Below are positions 10,301 to 24,517 of a stretch of DNA of 64,000 bases, in pieces. The stretch covers positions 101,804,001 to 101,868,000 of the forward strand of contig OZ024744.1 in assembly GCA_964016885.1 (NCBI GenBank), written 5' to 3'. Source of the DNA: Eledone cirrhosa (lineage: Eukaryota). Every line of letters starts with the position of its first letter. Position 1 is the first letter of the stretch. The notes under the pieces were generated by a model. The model did no database searches and was not told the DNA's origin. It saw only the letters and a list, made by a program, of their open reading frames with translations. The translations under genes were made by a program, and so were the position numbers.

Positions 10301-13300
10301 TTTGTTTATTATTGGCTTTGTTTATTGTTGTTTTGCTTATGTGTGGCTTTGTTTATTGTTGGTTTGTTTATTGTTGGCTTTGTTTATTATTGGTTTGTTT
10401 ATTATTGGCTTTAATTATTGTTGGTTTGTCTATTGCTGGCTTTGTTTATTTTTGGTTTGTTTATTGTTGGCTTTGTTTATTATGGGTTTGTTTATTGTTG
10501 GCTTTTTTTATTGTTGGTTTCTTTATTGTTGGCTTTGTTTATTGTTCGTTTGTTTATTGTTGGTTTGTTTATTGTTGGCTTTGTTTATTGTTGATTTGTT
10601 TATTGTTGGCTTTGTTTATTGTTGGTTTGTTTATTATTTGCTTTGTTTATTGTTGGTTTGTTTATTGTTGGCTTTGTTTATTTTTGGTTTGTTTATTACT
10701 GGCTTTGTTTATTGTTGGTTTCTTTATTGTCGGCTTTGTTTATTGTTGGTTTGTTTATTGTTGGCTTTGTTTATTGTTGGGTTTTTTATTGCAGGCTTCG
10801 TTTAATGTTGGTTTGTTTTATTGTTGGCTTTGTTTATTTTTGGTTCCTTTATTGTTGGCTTTGTTTATTGTTGGTTTGTTTATTGTTGGCTTTGTTTATT
10901 GTTGGTTTGTTTATTGTTGGCTTTTTTATTGTTGGTTTGTTTATTGTTGGCTTTGTTTATTGTTGGTTTGTTTATTATTGGCTTTGTTTATTGTTGGTTT
11001 CTTTATTGTTGGCTTTGTTTATTGATGGTTTGTTTATTGTTGGCTTTGTTTATTGTTGGTTTGTTTATTGGTGGCTTTGTTTATTGTTGGTTTGTTTATT
11101 GTTGGCTTTGTTTATTGATGGCTTTATTTATTGTTGGTTTGTTTATTATTGGCTTTAATTATTGTTGGTTTGTCTATTGTTGGCTTTCTTTATTGTTGGT
11201 TTGTTTATTGTTGGTTTTGTTTATTGTTGCTTTCTTTATTGTTGGATTGTTTATTGTTGGCTTTGTTTATTGCTCGTTTGTTTATTGTTGGTTTGTTTAT
11301 TGTTGGCTTTGTTTGTTGTTGGTTCGTTTATTGTTCGCTTTGTTTATTGTTGGTTTGTATATTATTTGCTTTGTTTATTGTTGGTTTGTTTATTGTTGGC
11401 TTTGTTTATTTTTGGTTTGTTTATTACTGGCTTTGTTTATTGTTGGTTTGTTTATTGTTGGCTTTGTTTATTGTTGGTTTGTTTATTGTTGGCTTTGTTT
11501 ATTGTTGGGTTTTTATTGCAGGCTTTGTTTAATGTTGGTTTGTTTTATTGTTGGCTTTGTTTATTTTTGGTTCCTTTATTGTTGGCTTTGTTTATTGTTG
11601 GTTTGTTTATTGTTGGCTTTGTTTATTGTTGGTTTGTTTATTGTTGGCTTTTTTTATTGTTGGTTTGTTTATTGTTGGCTTTGTTTATTGTTGGTTTGTT
11701 TATTGGTGGCTTTGTTTATTGTTGTTTTTGTTTATTGTTGGCTTTGTTAATTGTTGGTTTATTTATTATTGGCTTTAATTATTGTGGGTTTGTTTATTGT
11801 TGGTTTGTTTATTGTTGGTTTGTTTATTGTTGCTTTGTTTATTGTTGGTTTGTTTATTGTTGGTTTGTTTATTGTTGGTTTGTTTATTGTTGGTTTGTTT
11901 ATTGTAGGCTTTGTTTAATGTTGGTTCGTTTATTGTTGGTTTGTTTATTGTTGGTTTGTTTATTATTGGCTTTGTTTATTTTTGGTTTGTTTATTGTTGG
12001 CTTTGTATATTTTTGGTTTGTTTATATACTGGCTTTGTTTATTGTTGGTTTGTTTATTGTTGGCTTTGTTTATAGTTGGTTTGTTTATTGTTGGTTTGTT
12101 TATTGTTGGCTTTGTTTATTGTTGGTTTGTTTATTGCTGGCTTTGTTTAATGTTAGTTTGTTTATTGTTGGCTTTGTTTATTTTTGTTTGTATATTGTTG
12201 GCTTTGTTTATTGTTGGTTTGTTTATTGTTGGTTTCTTTATTGTTGGCTTTGTTTATTGTTGGTTTGTTTATTGTTCGCTTTCTTTATTGTTGGTTTGTT
12301 TCTTATTGACTTTGTTTATTGTTGGTTTGCTTATTGTTGGTTTTGTTTATTGTTGGTTTGTTTATTGTTGGCTTCGTTTATTGCTGGTTTGTTTATTGGT
12401 GGCTTTGTTTTTTGTTGGTTTGTTTATTGTTTGCTTTGTTTATTGTTGGCTTTGTTTATTGTTGGTTTGTTTATTATTGGCTTTGTTTATTGTTGTTTTG
12501 CTTATTTGTGGCTTTGTTTAATGTTGGTTTGTTTATTGTTGGCTTTAATTATTGTTGGTTTGTCTATTGTTGGCTTTGTTTATTGTTGGTTTGTTTATTG
12601 TTGGCTTTGTTTATTGTTGCTTTCTTTATTGTTGGTTTCTTTATTGTTGGCTTTGTTTATTGCTCGTTTGTTTATTGTTGGTTTGTTTATTGTTGGCTTT
12701 GTTTATTGTTGGTTTGTTTATTATTGGTTTTGTTTATTGTTGGTTTGTTTATTATTTGCTTTGTTTATTGTTGGTTTGTTTATTGTTGGTTTTGTTTATT
12801 TTTGGTTTGTTTATTACTGGCTTTGTTTATTGTTGGTTTGTTTATTGTTGGCTTTGTTTATTGTTGGTTTGTTTATTGTTGGCTTTGTTTATTGCTCGTT
12901 TGTTTATTGTTGGTTTGTTTATTGTTGGCTTTGTTTATTGTTGGTTTGTTTATTGTTGGCTTTGTTTATTGTTGGCTTTGTTTATTGTTGGTTTGTTTAT
13001 TATTTGCTTTGTTTATTGTTGGTTTGTTTATTGTTGGCTTTGTTTATTGTTGGTTTGTTTATTGTTGGCTTTTTTTATTGTAGGTTTCTTTATTGTTCGC
13101 TTTCTTTATTGTTGGTTTGTTTATTATTGGCTTTGTTTATTGTTGGTTTCTTTATTGTTGGCTTTGTTTATTGTTGGTTTGTTTATTGTTGGCTTTGTTA
13201 ATTGTTGGTTTGTTTATTGGTGGATTTGTTTATTGTTGGTTTGTTTATTGTTGGCTTTGTTTATTGTTGGCTTTGTTTATTGTTGGTTTGTTTATTGTTG

Positions 13301-15325
13301 GCTTTGTTTATTGTTGGTTTGCTTATTGGTAGCTTTGTTTATTGTTGGCTTTGTTAATTGTTGGTTTATTTATTATTGGCTTTAATTATTGTTGGTTTGT
13401 CTATTGTTGGCTTTGTTTATTGTTGGTTTGTTTATTGTTGGCTTTGTGTATTATTGGCTTTGTTTATTGTTGGTTTGTTTATTGTTGCTTTGTTTATTGT
13501 TGGTTTGTTTATTGTTGGTTTGTTTATTGTTGGTTTGTTTATTGTTGGTTTGTTTATTGTAGGCTTTGTTTAATGTTGGTTCGTTTATTGTTGGTTTCTT
13601 TATTTTTGGTTTGTTTTTTATTAGTTTGTTTATTGTTGTCTTTGTTTATTTTTGGTTTGTTTATTGTTGGCTTTGTTTATTGTTGGTTTGTTTATTATTG
13701 GCTTTGTTTATTTTTGTTTTGTTTATTGTTGGCTTTGTATATTTTTGGTTTGTTTATATACTGGCTTTGTTTATTGTTGGTTTGTTTATTGTTGGTTTTG
13801 TTTATAGTTGGTTTGTTTATTGTTGGTTTGTTTATTGTTGGCTTTGTTTATTGTTGGTTTGTTTATTGCTGGCTTTATTTAATGTTAGTTTGTTTATTGT
13901 TGGCTTTGTTTATTTTTTGTTTGTTTATTGTTGGCTTTGTTTATTGTTGGTTTGTATATTGTTCGCTTTCTTTATTGTTGGTTTGTTTATTATTGGCTTT
14001 GTTTATTGTTGGTTTGTTTATTGTTGGCTTTGTTTATTGTTGGTTTGTTTATTGTTGGCTTTGTTTATTGCTGGTTTGTTTATTGGTGGCTTTGTTTATT
14101 GTTGGTTTGTTTATTGTTGGCTTTGTTTATGGTTGGCTTTGTTTATTGTTGGTTTGTTTATTATTGGCTTTGTTTATTGTTGGTTTGACTATTGTTGGTT
14201 TTGTTTATTGTTGGTTAGTTTATTGTTGGCTTTGTTTATTGTTGGTTTGTTTATTGTTGGCTTTGTTTATTATGGGTTTGTTTATTGTTGGCTTTTTTTA
14301 TTGTTGGTTTGTTTATTGTTGTCTTTGTTTATTGTTCGTTTGTTTATTGTTGGTTTGTTTATTGTTGGCTTTGTTTATTGTTGGTTTGTTTATTGTTGGC
14401 TTTGTTTATTGTTGGTTTGTTTATTATTTGCTTTGTTTATTGTTGGTTTGTTTATTGTTGGCTTTGTTTATTTTTGGTTTGTTTATTACTGGCTTTGTTT
14501 ACTGTTGGTTTGTTTATTGTCGGCTTTGTTTATTGTTGGTTTGTTTATTGTTGGCTTTGTTTATTGTTGGGTTTTTTATTGCAGGCTTTGTTTAATGTTG
14601 GTTTATTTTATTGTTGGCTTTGTTTATTTTTGGTTCCTTTATTGTTGGCTTTGTTTATTGTTGGTTTGTTTATTGTTGGCTTTGTTTATTGTTGGTTTGT
14701 TTATTGTTGGCCTTTTTATTGTTGGTTTGTTTATTGTTGGCTTTGTTTATTGTTGGTTTGTTTATTATTGGCTTTGTTTATTGTTGGTTTGTTTATTGTT
14801 GGCTTTGTTTATTGATGGTTTGTTTATTGTTGGCTTTGTTTATTGTTGGTTTGTTTATTGGTGGCTTTGTTTATTGTTGGTTTGTTTATTGTTGGCTTTG
14901 TTTATTGTTGGCTTTGTTTATTGTTGGTTTGTTTATTATTGGCTTTAATTATTGTTGGTTTGTCTATTGTTGGCTTTGTTTATTGTTGGTTTGTTTATTG
15001 TTGGCTTTGTTTATTGTTGCTTTCTTTATTGATGGCTTTGTTTATTGTTGATTTGTTTATTGTTGGTTTGTTTATTGTTGGTTTGTTTATTGTTGGCTTT
15101 GTTTATTGTTGGATTCTTTATTGTTGGTTTTGTTTATTGTTGGTTTGTTTATCGTTAGCTTTGTTTAATGTTCGTTTATTTATTGTTAGTTTTGTTTATT
15201 GTTGGTTTCTTTATTGTTGGCTTTGTTTATTGTTGGTTTGTTTATTATTGGCTTTGTTTATTGTTGGTTTGTTTATTATTGGCTTTTTATTGCTGGTTTG
15301 TTTATCGTTGGCTTTGTTTACTGTT
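7321..15325 (+). repeat. 15/16-bp satellite array 1
   Basis: Continuous tandem monomers. Confidence 0.98.
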
Positions 15326-16464
15326 GTCAGTCAGTCTAATTATTTACTGTCTATAGTTAGTCTAATACTTTACAGTTTATAGTTAGTCTAATACTTTACT
15401 GTCTATAGTTAGTCTATTACTTTACAGCCTATAGTTAGTGTAATACTTTACTGTCTTATGAGAAGCTAAATATTATGGGCTTATAAGAAGCTAAGTATTA
15501 TGGTCTTATGACAAGCTAAATATGGCCTTATGAGATGCTAAATATGGTCTTATGAGAAGATAAATATTGTGGTCTTATGAGAAGATAAATAGGGTTTTTA
15601 TGAGAAACTAAATATTATGGTCTTATGAAAACTTAAATACTTATGAGAAGTTAAATATTATGGTCTTATGAGAAGCTAAATATGGTCTTATGTAAATTAA
15701 GATATTATGGTCTTATGAGAAGCTAAATACAGTTTTCTTATGAGAAGCTAAATATGGTCTTATGACAAGTTAAATCCAACCTTATGAGAAACTAAACATT
15801 ATGGTCTCAGAAGCTAAATATTATGCCTGTATTAGAAGTTAAATATGGTCTTATGTGAAGCTAAATATTGTATCATTATGAATGGCTAAATCTGTGGAGG
15901 GCGGTGGATTGGCAGTATCGGTAGAGGGTCGGCCGCCATGCTTTCCAGCATAGTTACGTCCCTTTACGATCTGAGTTCAAATCCCGCCGAGGTTGACTTT
16001 GCCTTTCATCCTTACGGGGGCGATAAAATAAAGTACCAGTAATGCACTGGATAATTGCTGGCCTTGTGCCTAAAGTAGAAACAATAATGAATGGCTAAAT
16101 CTGGTCTTATGAGAAGTTAAAAGTTATAGTCTTATGAGAAGTTGAAAATTGTGGTCTTATTAGAAGTTAAACATTATTGTCTTATAAGAAGCTAATTATA
16201 GTCTTATGCAGAACTAAATATGGTTTTATTGGAAGCTAGATAATACGGTCTTATGAGCAGCTAAATATTATGCTATTATTAGAAGTTGAATATTAGGGTC
16301 TTGTGAGCATCTAAACATTATGGTCTTAACAGTAGCTCAATAATATGGTCTTGTGAGAAGCTGAATATTATTGTCTTATAGGAAGCTAAATATTATGGTC
16401 TTATGAGAAACTAAATATGGTCTTATTAGAAGCCTAATATTATGGTCTTATGAGAAGATAATTA
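15326..16464 (+). repeat. Cassette copy 2 (1139 bp)
   Basis: Matches copy 1 at offset 9144; one substitution seen (15417). Confidence 0.95.
15895..16086 (+). mobile_element. tRNA-derived SINE, copy 2
   Basis: Same sequence and TSD as copy 1; shares the CGGGGGCGAT variant. Confidence 0.88.
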
Positions 16465-19400
16465 TGTTTATTGTTGGCTTTGTTTATTGTTGGTTTGTTT
16501 ACTGTTGGCTTTATTTATTGTTGGTTTGTTTATTACTGGCTTTGTTTATTGTTGGTTTGTTTATTGTTGGCTTTGTTTATTGTTGGTTTATTTATTGTTG
16601 GCTTTGTTTATTGTTGGTTTGTTTATTGTTGGCTTTGTTTATTGTTGGTTTATTTATTGTTGGCTTTGTTTATTGTTGGTTTGTTTATTGTTGGCTTTGT
16701 TTATTGTTGGTTTGTTTATTGTTTGCTTTGTTTATTGTTGGTTTATTTATTGTTGGCTTTGTTTATTGTTGGTTTGTTTATTGTTGGCTTTGTTTATTGT
16801 TGGTTTGTTTATTGTTGGCTTTGTTTATTGTTGGTTTGTTTGTTGTTGGTTTGTTTATTGTTGGCTTTGTTTATTGTTGGTTTATTTATTGTTGGCTTTG
16901 TTTATTGTTTGTTTGTTTATTGCTGGTTTGTTTATTGTTGGTGTGTTTATTATTAGCTTTGTTTATTGTTGGCTTTGTTTATTGTTGGTATGTTTATTGT
17001 TGGTTTGTTTATTGTTGGCTTTGCTTATTATTGGCTTTATTAATGTTGGTTTTTTTATTGTTGGCTTTGTTTATTGTTGGTTTGTTTATTGATGGTTTGT
17101 TTATTGTTGGTTTGTTTATTGTTGGCTTTGTTTATTTTTTGTTTGTTTATTACTGGCTTTGTTTATTGTTGGTTTGTTTATTGTTGGCTTTGTTTATTGT
17201 TGGTTTGTTTATTGTTGGTTTGTTTATTGCTGGCTTTGTTTAATGTTGTTTGTTTATTGTTGGCTTTGTTTATTGTTGGATTAGTTTATTGTTGGTTTGT
17301 TTATTGTTGGCTTTGTCTATTATTGGTTTGTTTATTGTTGGCTTTTTTTATTGCGGGTTTGTTTATTGTTGGCTTTGTTTATTTTTGGTTTGTTTATTGT
17401 TGGCTTTGTTTATTTTTGGTTTGTTTATTATTGGCTTTGTTTATTGTTGGTTTGTTTACTGTTGGCTTTGTTTATTTTTGGTTTGTTTATTGTTGGCTTT
17501 GTTTATTGTTGGATTTGTTTCTTGTTGGTTTGTTTATTGTTGGCTTTGTTTATTGTTGGCGTTGTTTATTGTTGGCTTTGTTTATTGTTGGTTTGGTATT
17601 ATTGGCTTTGTTTACTGTTGGTTTGCTTATTGGAGGCTTTGTTTATTGATGGTTTGTTTATTGTTGGCTTTGTTTATCGTTGGTTTGTTTATTATTGGCT
17701 TGAATTATTGTTGGCTTGTTTATTGTTGGTTTGTTTCTTATTGGCTTTGTTTATTGTTGTTTTGCTTATTTCTGGCTTTGTTTAATGTTGGTTTGTTTAT
17801 TGTTGGCTTTGTTTATTGTTAGTTTGTTTATTATTGGCTTTAATTATTGTTGGTTTGTCTATTGTTGGCTTTGTTTATTGTTGGTTTGTTTATTGTTGGC
17901 TTTGTTTATTGTTGCTTTCTTTATTGTTGGTTTGTTTATTGTTGGTTTGTTTATTGCTCGTTTGTTTATTGTTGGTTTGTTTATTGTTGGCTTTGTTTAT
18001 TGTTGGTTTGTTTATTGTTGGCTTTGTTTATTGTTGGTTTGTTTATTATTTGCTTTGTTTATTGTTGATTTGTTTATTGTAGGCTTTGTTTATTTTTGCT
18101 TTGTTTATTACTGGCTTTGTTTATTATTGGTTTGTATATTGTTGGCTTTGTTTATTGTTGGTTTGTTTATTGTTGCGTTTTTTATTGCAGGCTTTGTTTA
18201 ATGTTGGTTTGTTTTATTGTTGTCTTTGTTTATTTTTGGTTCCTTTATTGTTGGCTTTGTTTATTGTTGGTTTGTTTATTGTTGGGTTTGTTTACTGTTG
18301 GTTTGTTTATTGTTGGCTTTTTTTATTGTTGGTTTGTTTATTGTTGGCTTTGTTTATTGTTGGTTTGTTTATTATTGGCTTTGTTTATTGTTGGTTTGTT
18401 TATTGTTGGCTTTGTTTATTGTTGGTTTGTTTATTGTTGGCTTTGTTTATTGTTGGTTTGTTTATTGGTGGATTTGTTTATTGTTGGTTTGTTTATTGTT
18501 GGCTTTGTTTATTGTTGATTTGCTTATTGGTGGCTTTGTTTATTGTTGGTTTGTTTATTGTTGGCTTTGTTAATTGTTGGTTTATTTATTATAGGCTTTA
18601 ATTATTGTTGGTTTGTCTATTGTTGGCTTTGTTTATTGTTGGTTTGTTTATTGTTGGCTTTGTGTATTATTGGCTTTGTTTATTGTTGGTTTGTTTATTG
18701 TTGCTTTGTTTATTGTTGGTTTGTTTATTGTTGGTTTTTTTATTGTTGGTTTGTTTATTGTTGGTTTGTTTATTGTAGGCTTTGTTTAATGTTGGTTCGT
18801 TTATTGTTGGTTTCTTTATTTTTGGTTTGTTTTTTATTAGTTTGTTTATTGTTGTCTTTGTTTATTTTTGGTTTGTTTATTGTTGGCTTTGTTTATTGTT
18901 GGTTTGTTTATTATTGGCTTGGTTTATTGTTGGTTTGTTTATTGTTGGTTTGTTTATTGTTGGCTTTGTTTCTGGTTGGTTTGTTTATTATTGGCTTTGT
19001 TTATTTTTGTTTTGTTTATTGTTGGCTCTGTATATTTTTGGTTTGTTTATATACTGGCTTTGTTTATTGTTGGTTTGTTTATTGTTGGCTTTGTTTATAG
19101 TTGGTTTGTTTATTGTTGGTTTGTTTATTGTTGGCTTTGTTTATTGTTGGTTTGTTTATAGCTGGCTTTGTTTAATGTTAGTTTGTTTATTGTTGGCTTT
19201 GTTTATTTTTTATTTGTTTATTGTTGGCTTTGTTTATTGTTGGTTTGTTTATTGTTGGTTTGTTTATTGTTGGCTTTGTTTATTGTTGGTTTGTTTATTG
19301 TTCGCTTTCTTTATTGTTGGTTTGTTTATTATTGGCTTTGTTTATTGTTGGTTTGTTTATTGTTGGCTTTGTTTATTGTTGGTTTGTTTATTGTTGGTTT

Positions 19401-22400
19401 GTTTATTGTTGGCTTTGTTTATTGTTGGCTTTGTTTATTGTTGGTTTGTTTATTATTGGCTTTGTTTATTGTTGTTTTGCTTATGTGTGGCTTTGTTTAT
19501 TGTTGGTTTGTTTATTGTTGGCTTTGTTTATTATTGGTTTGTTTATTATTGGCTTTAATTATTGTTGGTTTGTCTATTGCTGGCTTTGTTTATTTTTGGT
19601 TTGTTTATTGTTGGCTTTGTTTATTATGGGTTTGTTTATTGTTGGCTTTTTTTATTGTTGGTTTCTTTATTGTTGGCTTTGTTTATTGTTCGTTTGTTTA
19701 TTGTTGGTTTGTTTATTGTTGGCTTTGTTTATTGTTGATTTGTTTATTGTTGGCTTTGTTTATTGTTGGTTTGTTTATTATTTGCTTTGTTTATTGTTGG
19801 TTTGTTTATTGTTGGCTTTGTTTATTTTTGGTTTGTTTATTACTGGCTTTGTTTATTGTTGGTTTCTTTATTGTCGGCTTTGTTTATTGTTGGTTTGTTT
19901 ATTGTTGGCTTTGTTTATTGTTGGGTTTTTTATTGCAGGCTTCGTTTAATGTTGGTTTGTTTTATTGTTGGCTTTGTTTATTTTTGGTTCCTTTATTGTT
20001 GGCTTTGTTTATTGTTGGTTTGTTTATTGTTGGCTTTGTTTATTGTTGGTTTGTTTATTGTTGGCTTTTTTATTGTTGGTTTGTTTATTGTTGGCTTTGT
20101 TTATTGTTGGTTTGTTTATTATTGGCTTTGTTTATTGTTGGTTTCTTTATTGTTGGCTTTGTTTATTGATGGTTTGTTTATTGTTGGCTTTGTTTATTGT
20201 TGGTTTGTTTATTGGTGGCTTTGTTTATTGTTGGTTTGTTTATTGTTGGCTTTGTTTATTGATGGCTTTATTTATTGTTGGTTTGTTTATTATTGGCTTT
20301 AATTATTGTTGGTTTGTCTATTGTTGGCTTTCTTTATTGTTGGTTTGTTTATTGTTGGTTTTGTTTATTGTTGCTTTCTTTATTGTTGGATTGTTTATTG
20401 TTGGCTTTGTTTATTGCTCGTTTGTTTATTGTTGGTTTGTTTATTGTTGGCTTTGTTTGTTGTTGGTTCGTTTATTGTTCGCTTTGTTTATTGTTGGTTT
20501 GTATATTATTTGCTTTGTTTATTGTTGGTTTGTTTATTGTTGGCTTTGTTTATTTTTGGTTTGTTTATTACTGGCTTTGTTTATTGTTGGTTTGTTTATT
20601 GTTGGCTTTGTTTATTGTTGGTTTGTTTATTGTTGGCTTTGTTTATTGTTGGGTTTTTATTGCAGGCTTTGTTTAATGTTGGTTTGTTTTATTGTTGGCT
20701 TTGTTTATTTTTGGTTCCTTTATTGTTGGCTTTGTTTATTGTTGGTTTGTTTATTGTTGGCTTTGTTTATTGTTGGTTTGTTTATTGTTGGCTTTTTTTA
20801 TTGTTGGTTTGTTTATTGTTGGCTTTGTTTATTGTTGGTTTGTTTATTGGTGGCTTTGTTTATTGTTGTTTTTGTTTATTGTTGGCTTTGTTAATTGTTG
20901 GTTTATTTATTATTGGCTTTAATTATTGTGGGTTTGTTTATTGTTGGTTTGTTTATTGTTGGTTTGTTTATTGTTGCTTTGTTTATTGTTGGTTTGTTTA
21001 TTGTTGGTTTGTTTATTGTTGGTTTGTTTATTGTTGGTTTGTTTATTGTAGGCTTTGTTTAATGTTGGTTCGTTTATTGTTGGTTTGTTTATTGTTGGTT
21101 TGTTTATTATTGGCTTTGTTTATTTTTGGTTTGTTTATTGTTGGCTTTGTATATTTTTGGTTTGTTTATATACTGGCTTTGTTTATTGTTGGTTTGTTTA
21201 TTGTTGGCTTTGTTTATAGTTGGTTTGTTTATTGTTGGTTTGTTTATTGTTGGCTTTGTTTATTGTTGGTTTGTTTATTGCTGGCTTTGTTTAATGTTAG
21301 TTTGTTTATTGTTGGCTTTGTTTATTTTTGTTTGTATATTGTTGGCTTTGTTTATTGTTGGTTTGTTTATTGTTGGTTTCTTTATTGTTGGCTTTGTTTA
21401 TTGTTGGTTTGTTTATTGTTCGCTTTCTTTATTGTTGGTTTGTTTCTTATTGACTTTGTTTATTGTTGGTTTGCTTATTGTTGGTTTTGTTTATTGTTGG
21501 TTTGTTTATTGTTGGCTTCGTTTATTGCTGGTTTGTTTATTGGTGGCTTTGTTTTTTGTTGGTTTGTTTATTGTTTGCTTTGTTTATTGTTGGCTTTGTT
21601 TATTGTTGGTTTGTTTATTATTGGCTTTGTTTATTGTTGTTTTGCTTATTTGTGGCTTTGTTTAATGTTGGTTTGTTTATTGTTGGCTTTAATTATTGTT
21701 GGTTTGTCTATTGTTGGCTTTGTTTATTGTTGGTTTGTTTATTGTTGGCTTTGTTTATTGTTGCTTTCTTTATTGTTGGTTTCTTTATTGTTGGCTTTGT
21801 TTATTGCTCGTTTGTTTACTGTTGGTTTGTTTATTGTTGGCTTTGTTTATTGTTGGTTTGTTTATTATTGGTTTTGTTTATTGTTGGTTTGTTTATTATT
21901 TGCTTTGTTTATTGTTGGTTTGTTTATTGTTGGTTTTGTTTATTTTTGGTTTGTTTATTACTGGCTTTGTTTATTGTTGGTTTGTTTATTGTTGGCTTTG
22001 TTTATTGTTGGTTTGTTTATTGTTGGCTTTGTTTATTGCTCGTTTGTTTATTGTTGGTTTGTTTATTGTTGGCTTTGTTTATTGTTGGTTTGTTTATTGT
22101 TGGCTTTGTTTATTGTTGGCTTTGTTTATTGTTGGTTTGTTTATTATTTGCTTTGTTTATTGTTGGTTTGTTTATTGTTGGCTTTGTTTATTGTTGGTTT
22201 GTTTATTGTTGGCTTTTTTTATTGTAGGTTTCTTTATTGTTCGCTTTCTTTATTGTTGGTTTGTTTATTATTGGCTTTGTTTATTGTTGGTTTCTTTATT
22301 GTTGGCTTTGTTTATTGTTGGTTTGTTTATTGTTGGCTTTGTTAATTGTTGGTTTGTTTATTGGTGGATTTGTTTATTGTTGGTTTGTTTATTGTTGGCT

Positions 22401-24517
22401 TTGTTTATTGTTGGCTTTGTTTATTGTTGGTTTGTTTATTGTTGGCTTTGTTTATTGTTGGTTTGCTTATTGGTAGCTTTGTTTATTGTTGGCTTTGTTA
22501 ATTGTTGGTTTATTTATTATTGGCTTTAATTATTGTTGGTTTGTCTATTGTTGGCTTTGTTTATTGTTGGTTTGTTTATTGTTGGCTTTGTGTATTATTG
22601 GCTTTGTTTATTGTTGGTTTGTTTATTGTTGCTTTGTTTATTGTTGGTTTGTTTATTGTTGGTTTGTTTATTGTTGGTTTGTTTATTGTTGGTTTGTTTA
22701 TTGTAGGCTTTGTTTAATGTTGGTTCGTTTATTGTTGGTTTCTTTATTTTTGGTTTGTTTTTTATTAGTTTGTTTATTGTTGTCTTTGTTTATTTTTGGT
22801 TTGTTTATTGTTGGCTTTGTTTATTGTTGGTTTGTTTATTATTGGCTTTGTTTATTTTTGTTTTGTTTATTGTTGGCTTTGTATATTTTTGGTTTGTTTA
22901 TATACTGGCTTTGTTTATTGTTGGTTTGTTTATTGTTGGTTTTGTTTATAGTTGGTTTGTTTATTGTTGGTTTGTTTATTGTTGGCTTTGTTTATTGTTG
23001 GTTTGTTTATTGCTGGCTTTATTTAATGTTAGTTTGTTTATTGTTGGCTTTGTTTATTTTTTGTTTGTTTATTGTTGGCTTTGTTTATTGTTGGTTTGTA
23101 TATTGTTCGCTTTCTTTATTGTTGGTTTGTTTATTATTGGCTTTGTTTATTGTTGGTTTGTTTATTGTTGGCTTTGTTTATTGTTGGTTTGTTTATTGTT
23201 GGCTTTGTTTATTGCTGGTTTGTTTATTGGTGGCTTTGTTTATTGTTGGTTTGTTTATTGTTGGCTTTGTTTATGGTTGGCTTTGTTTATTGTTGGTTTG
23301 TTTATTATTGGCTTTGTTTATTGTTGTTTTGCTTATTTGTGGCTTTGTTTATTGTTGGTTTGTTTATTGTTGGCTTTGTTTATTGTTGGTTTGTTTATTA
23401 TTGGCTTTAATTATTGTTGGTTTGTCTATTGTTGGTTTTGTTTATTGTTGGTTAGTTTATTGTTGGCTTTGTTTATTGTTGGTTTGTTTATTGTTGGCTT
23501 TGTTTATTATGGGTTTGTTTATTGTTGGCTTTTTTTATTGTTGGTTTGTTTATTGTTGTCTTTGTTTATTGTTCGTTTGTTTATTGTTGGTTTGTTTATT
23601 GTTGGCTTTGTTTATTGTTGGTTTGTTTATTGTTGGCTTTGTTTATTGTTGGTTTGTTTATTATTTGCTTTGTTTATTGTTGGTTTGTTTATTGTTGGCT
23701 TTGTTTATTTTTGGTTTGTTTATTACTGGCTTTGTTTATTGTTGGTTTCTTTATTGTCGGCTTTGTTTATTGTTGGTTTGTTTATTGTTGGCTTTGTTTA
23801 TTGTTGGGTTTTTTATTGCAGGCTTTGTTTAATGTTGGTTTATTTTATTGTTGGCTTTGTTTATTTTTGGTTCCTTTATTGTTGGCTTTGTTTATTGTTG
23901 GTTTGTTTATTGTTGGCTTTGTTTATTGTTGGTTTGTTTATTGTTGGCCTTTTTATTGTTGGTTTGTTTATTGTTGGCTTTGTTTATTGTTGGTTTGTTT
24001 ATTATTGGCTTTGTTTATTGTTGGTTTGTTTATTGTTGGCTTTGTTTATTGATGGTTTGTTTATTGTTGGCTTTGTTTATTGTTGGTTTGTTTATTGGTG
24101 GCTTTGTTTATTGTTGGTTTGTTTATTGTTGGCTTTGTTTATTGATGGCTTTGTTTATTGTTGGTTTGTTTATTATTGGCTTTAATTATTGTTGGTTTGT
24201 CTATTGTTGGCTTTGTTTATTGTTGGTTTGTTTATTGTTGGCTTTGTTTATTGTTGGTTTGTTTATTGTTGGTTTGTTTATTGTTGGCATTGTTTATTGT
24301 TGGATTCTTTATTGTTGGTTTTGTTTATTGTTGGTTTGTTTATCGTTAGCTTTGTTTAATGTTCGTTTATTTATTGTTAGTTTTGTTTATTGTTGGTTTC
24401 TTTATTGTTGGCTTTGTTTATTGTTGGTTTGTTTATTATTGGCTTTGTTTATTGTTGGTTTGTTTATTATTGGCTTTTTTATTGCTGGTTTGTTTATCGT
24501 TGGCTTTGTTTACTGTT
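16465..24517 (+). repeat. 15/16-bp satellite array 2
   Basis: Continuous tandem monomers; near-identical to array 1 up to 23326. Confidence 0.98.
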
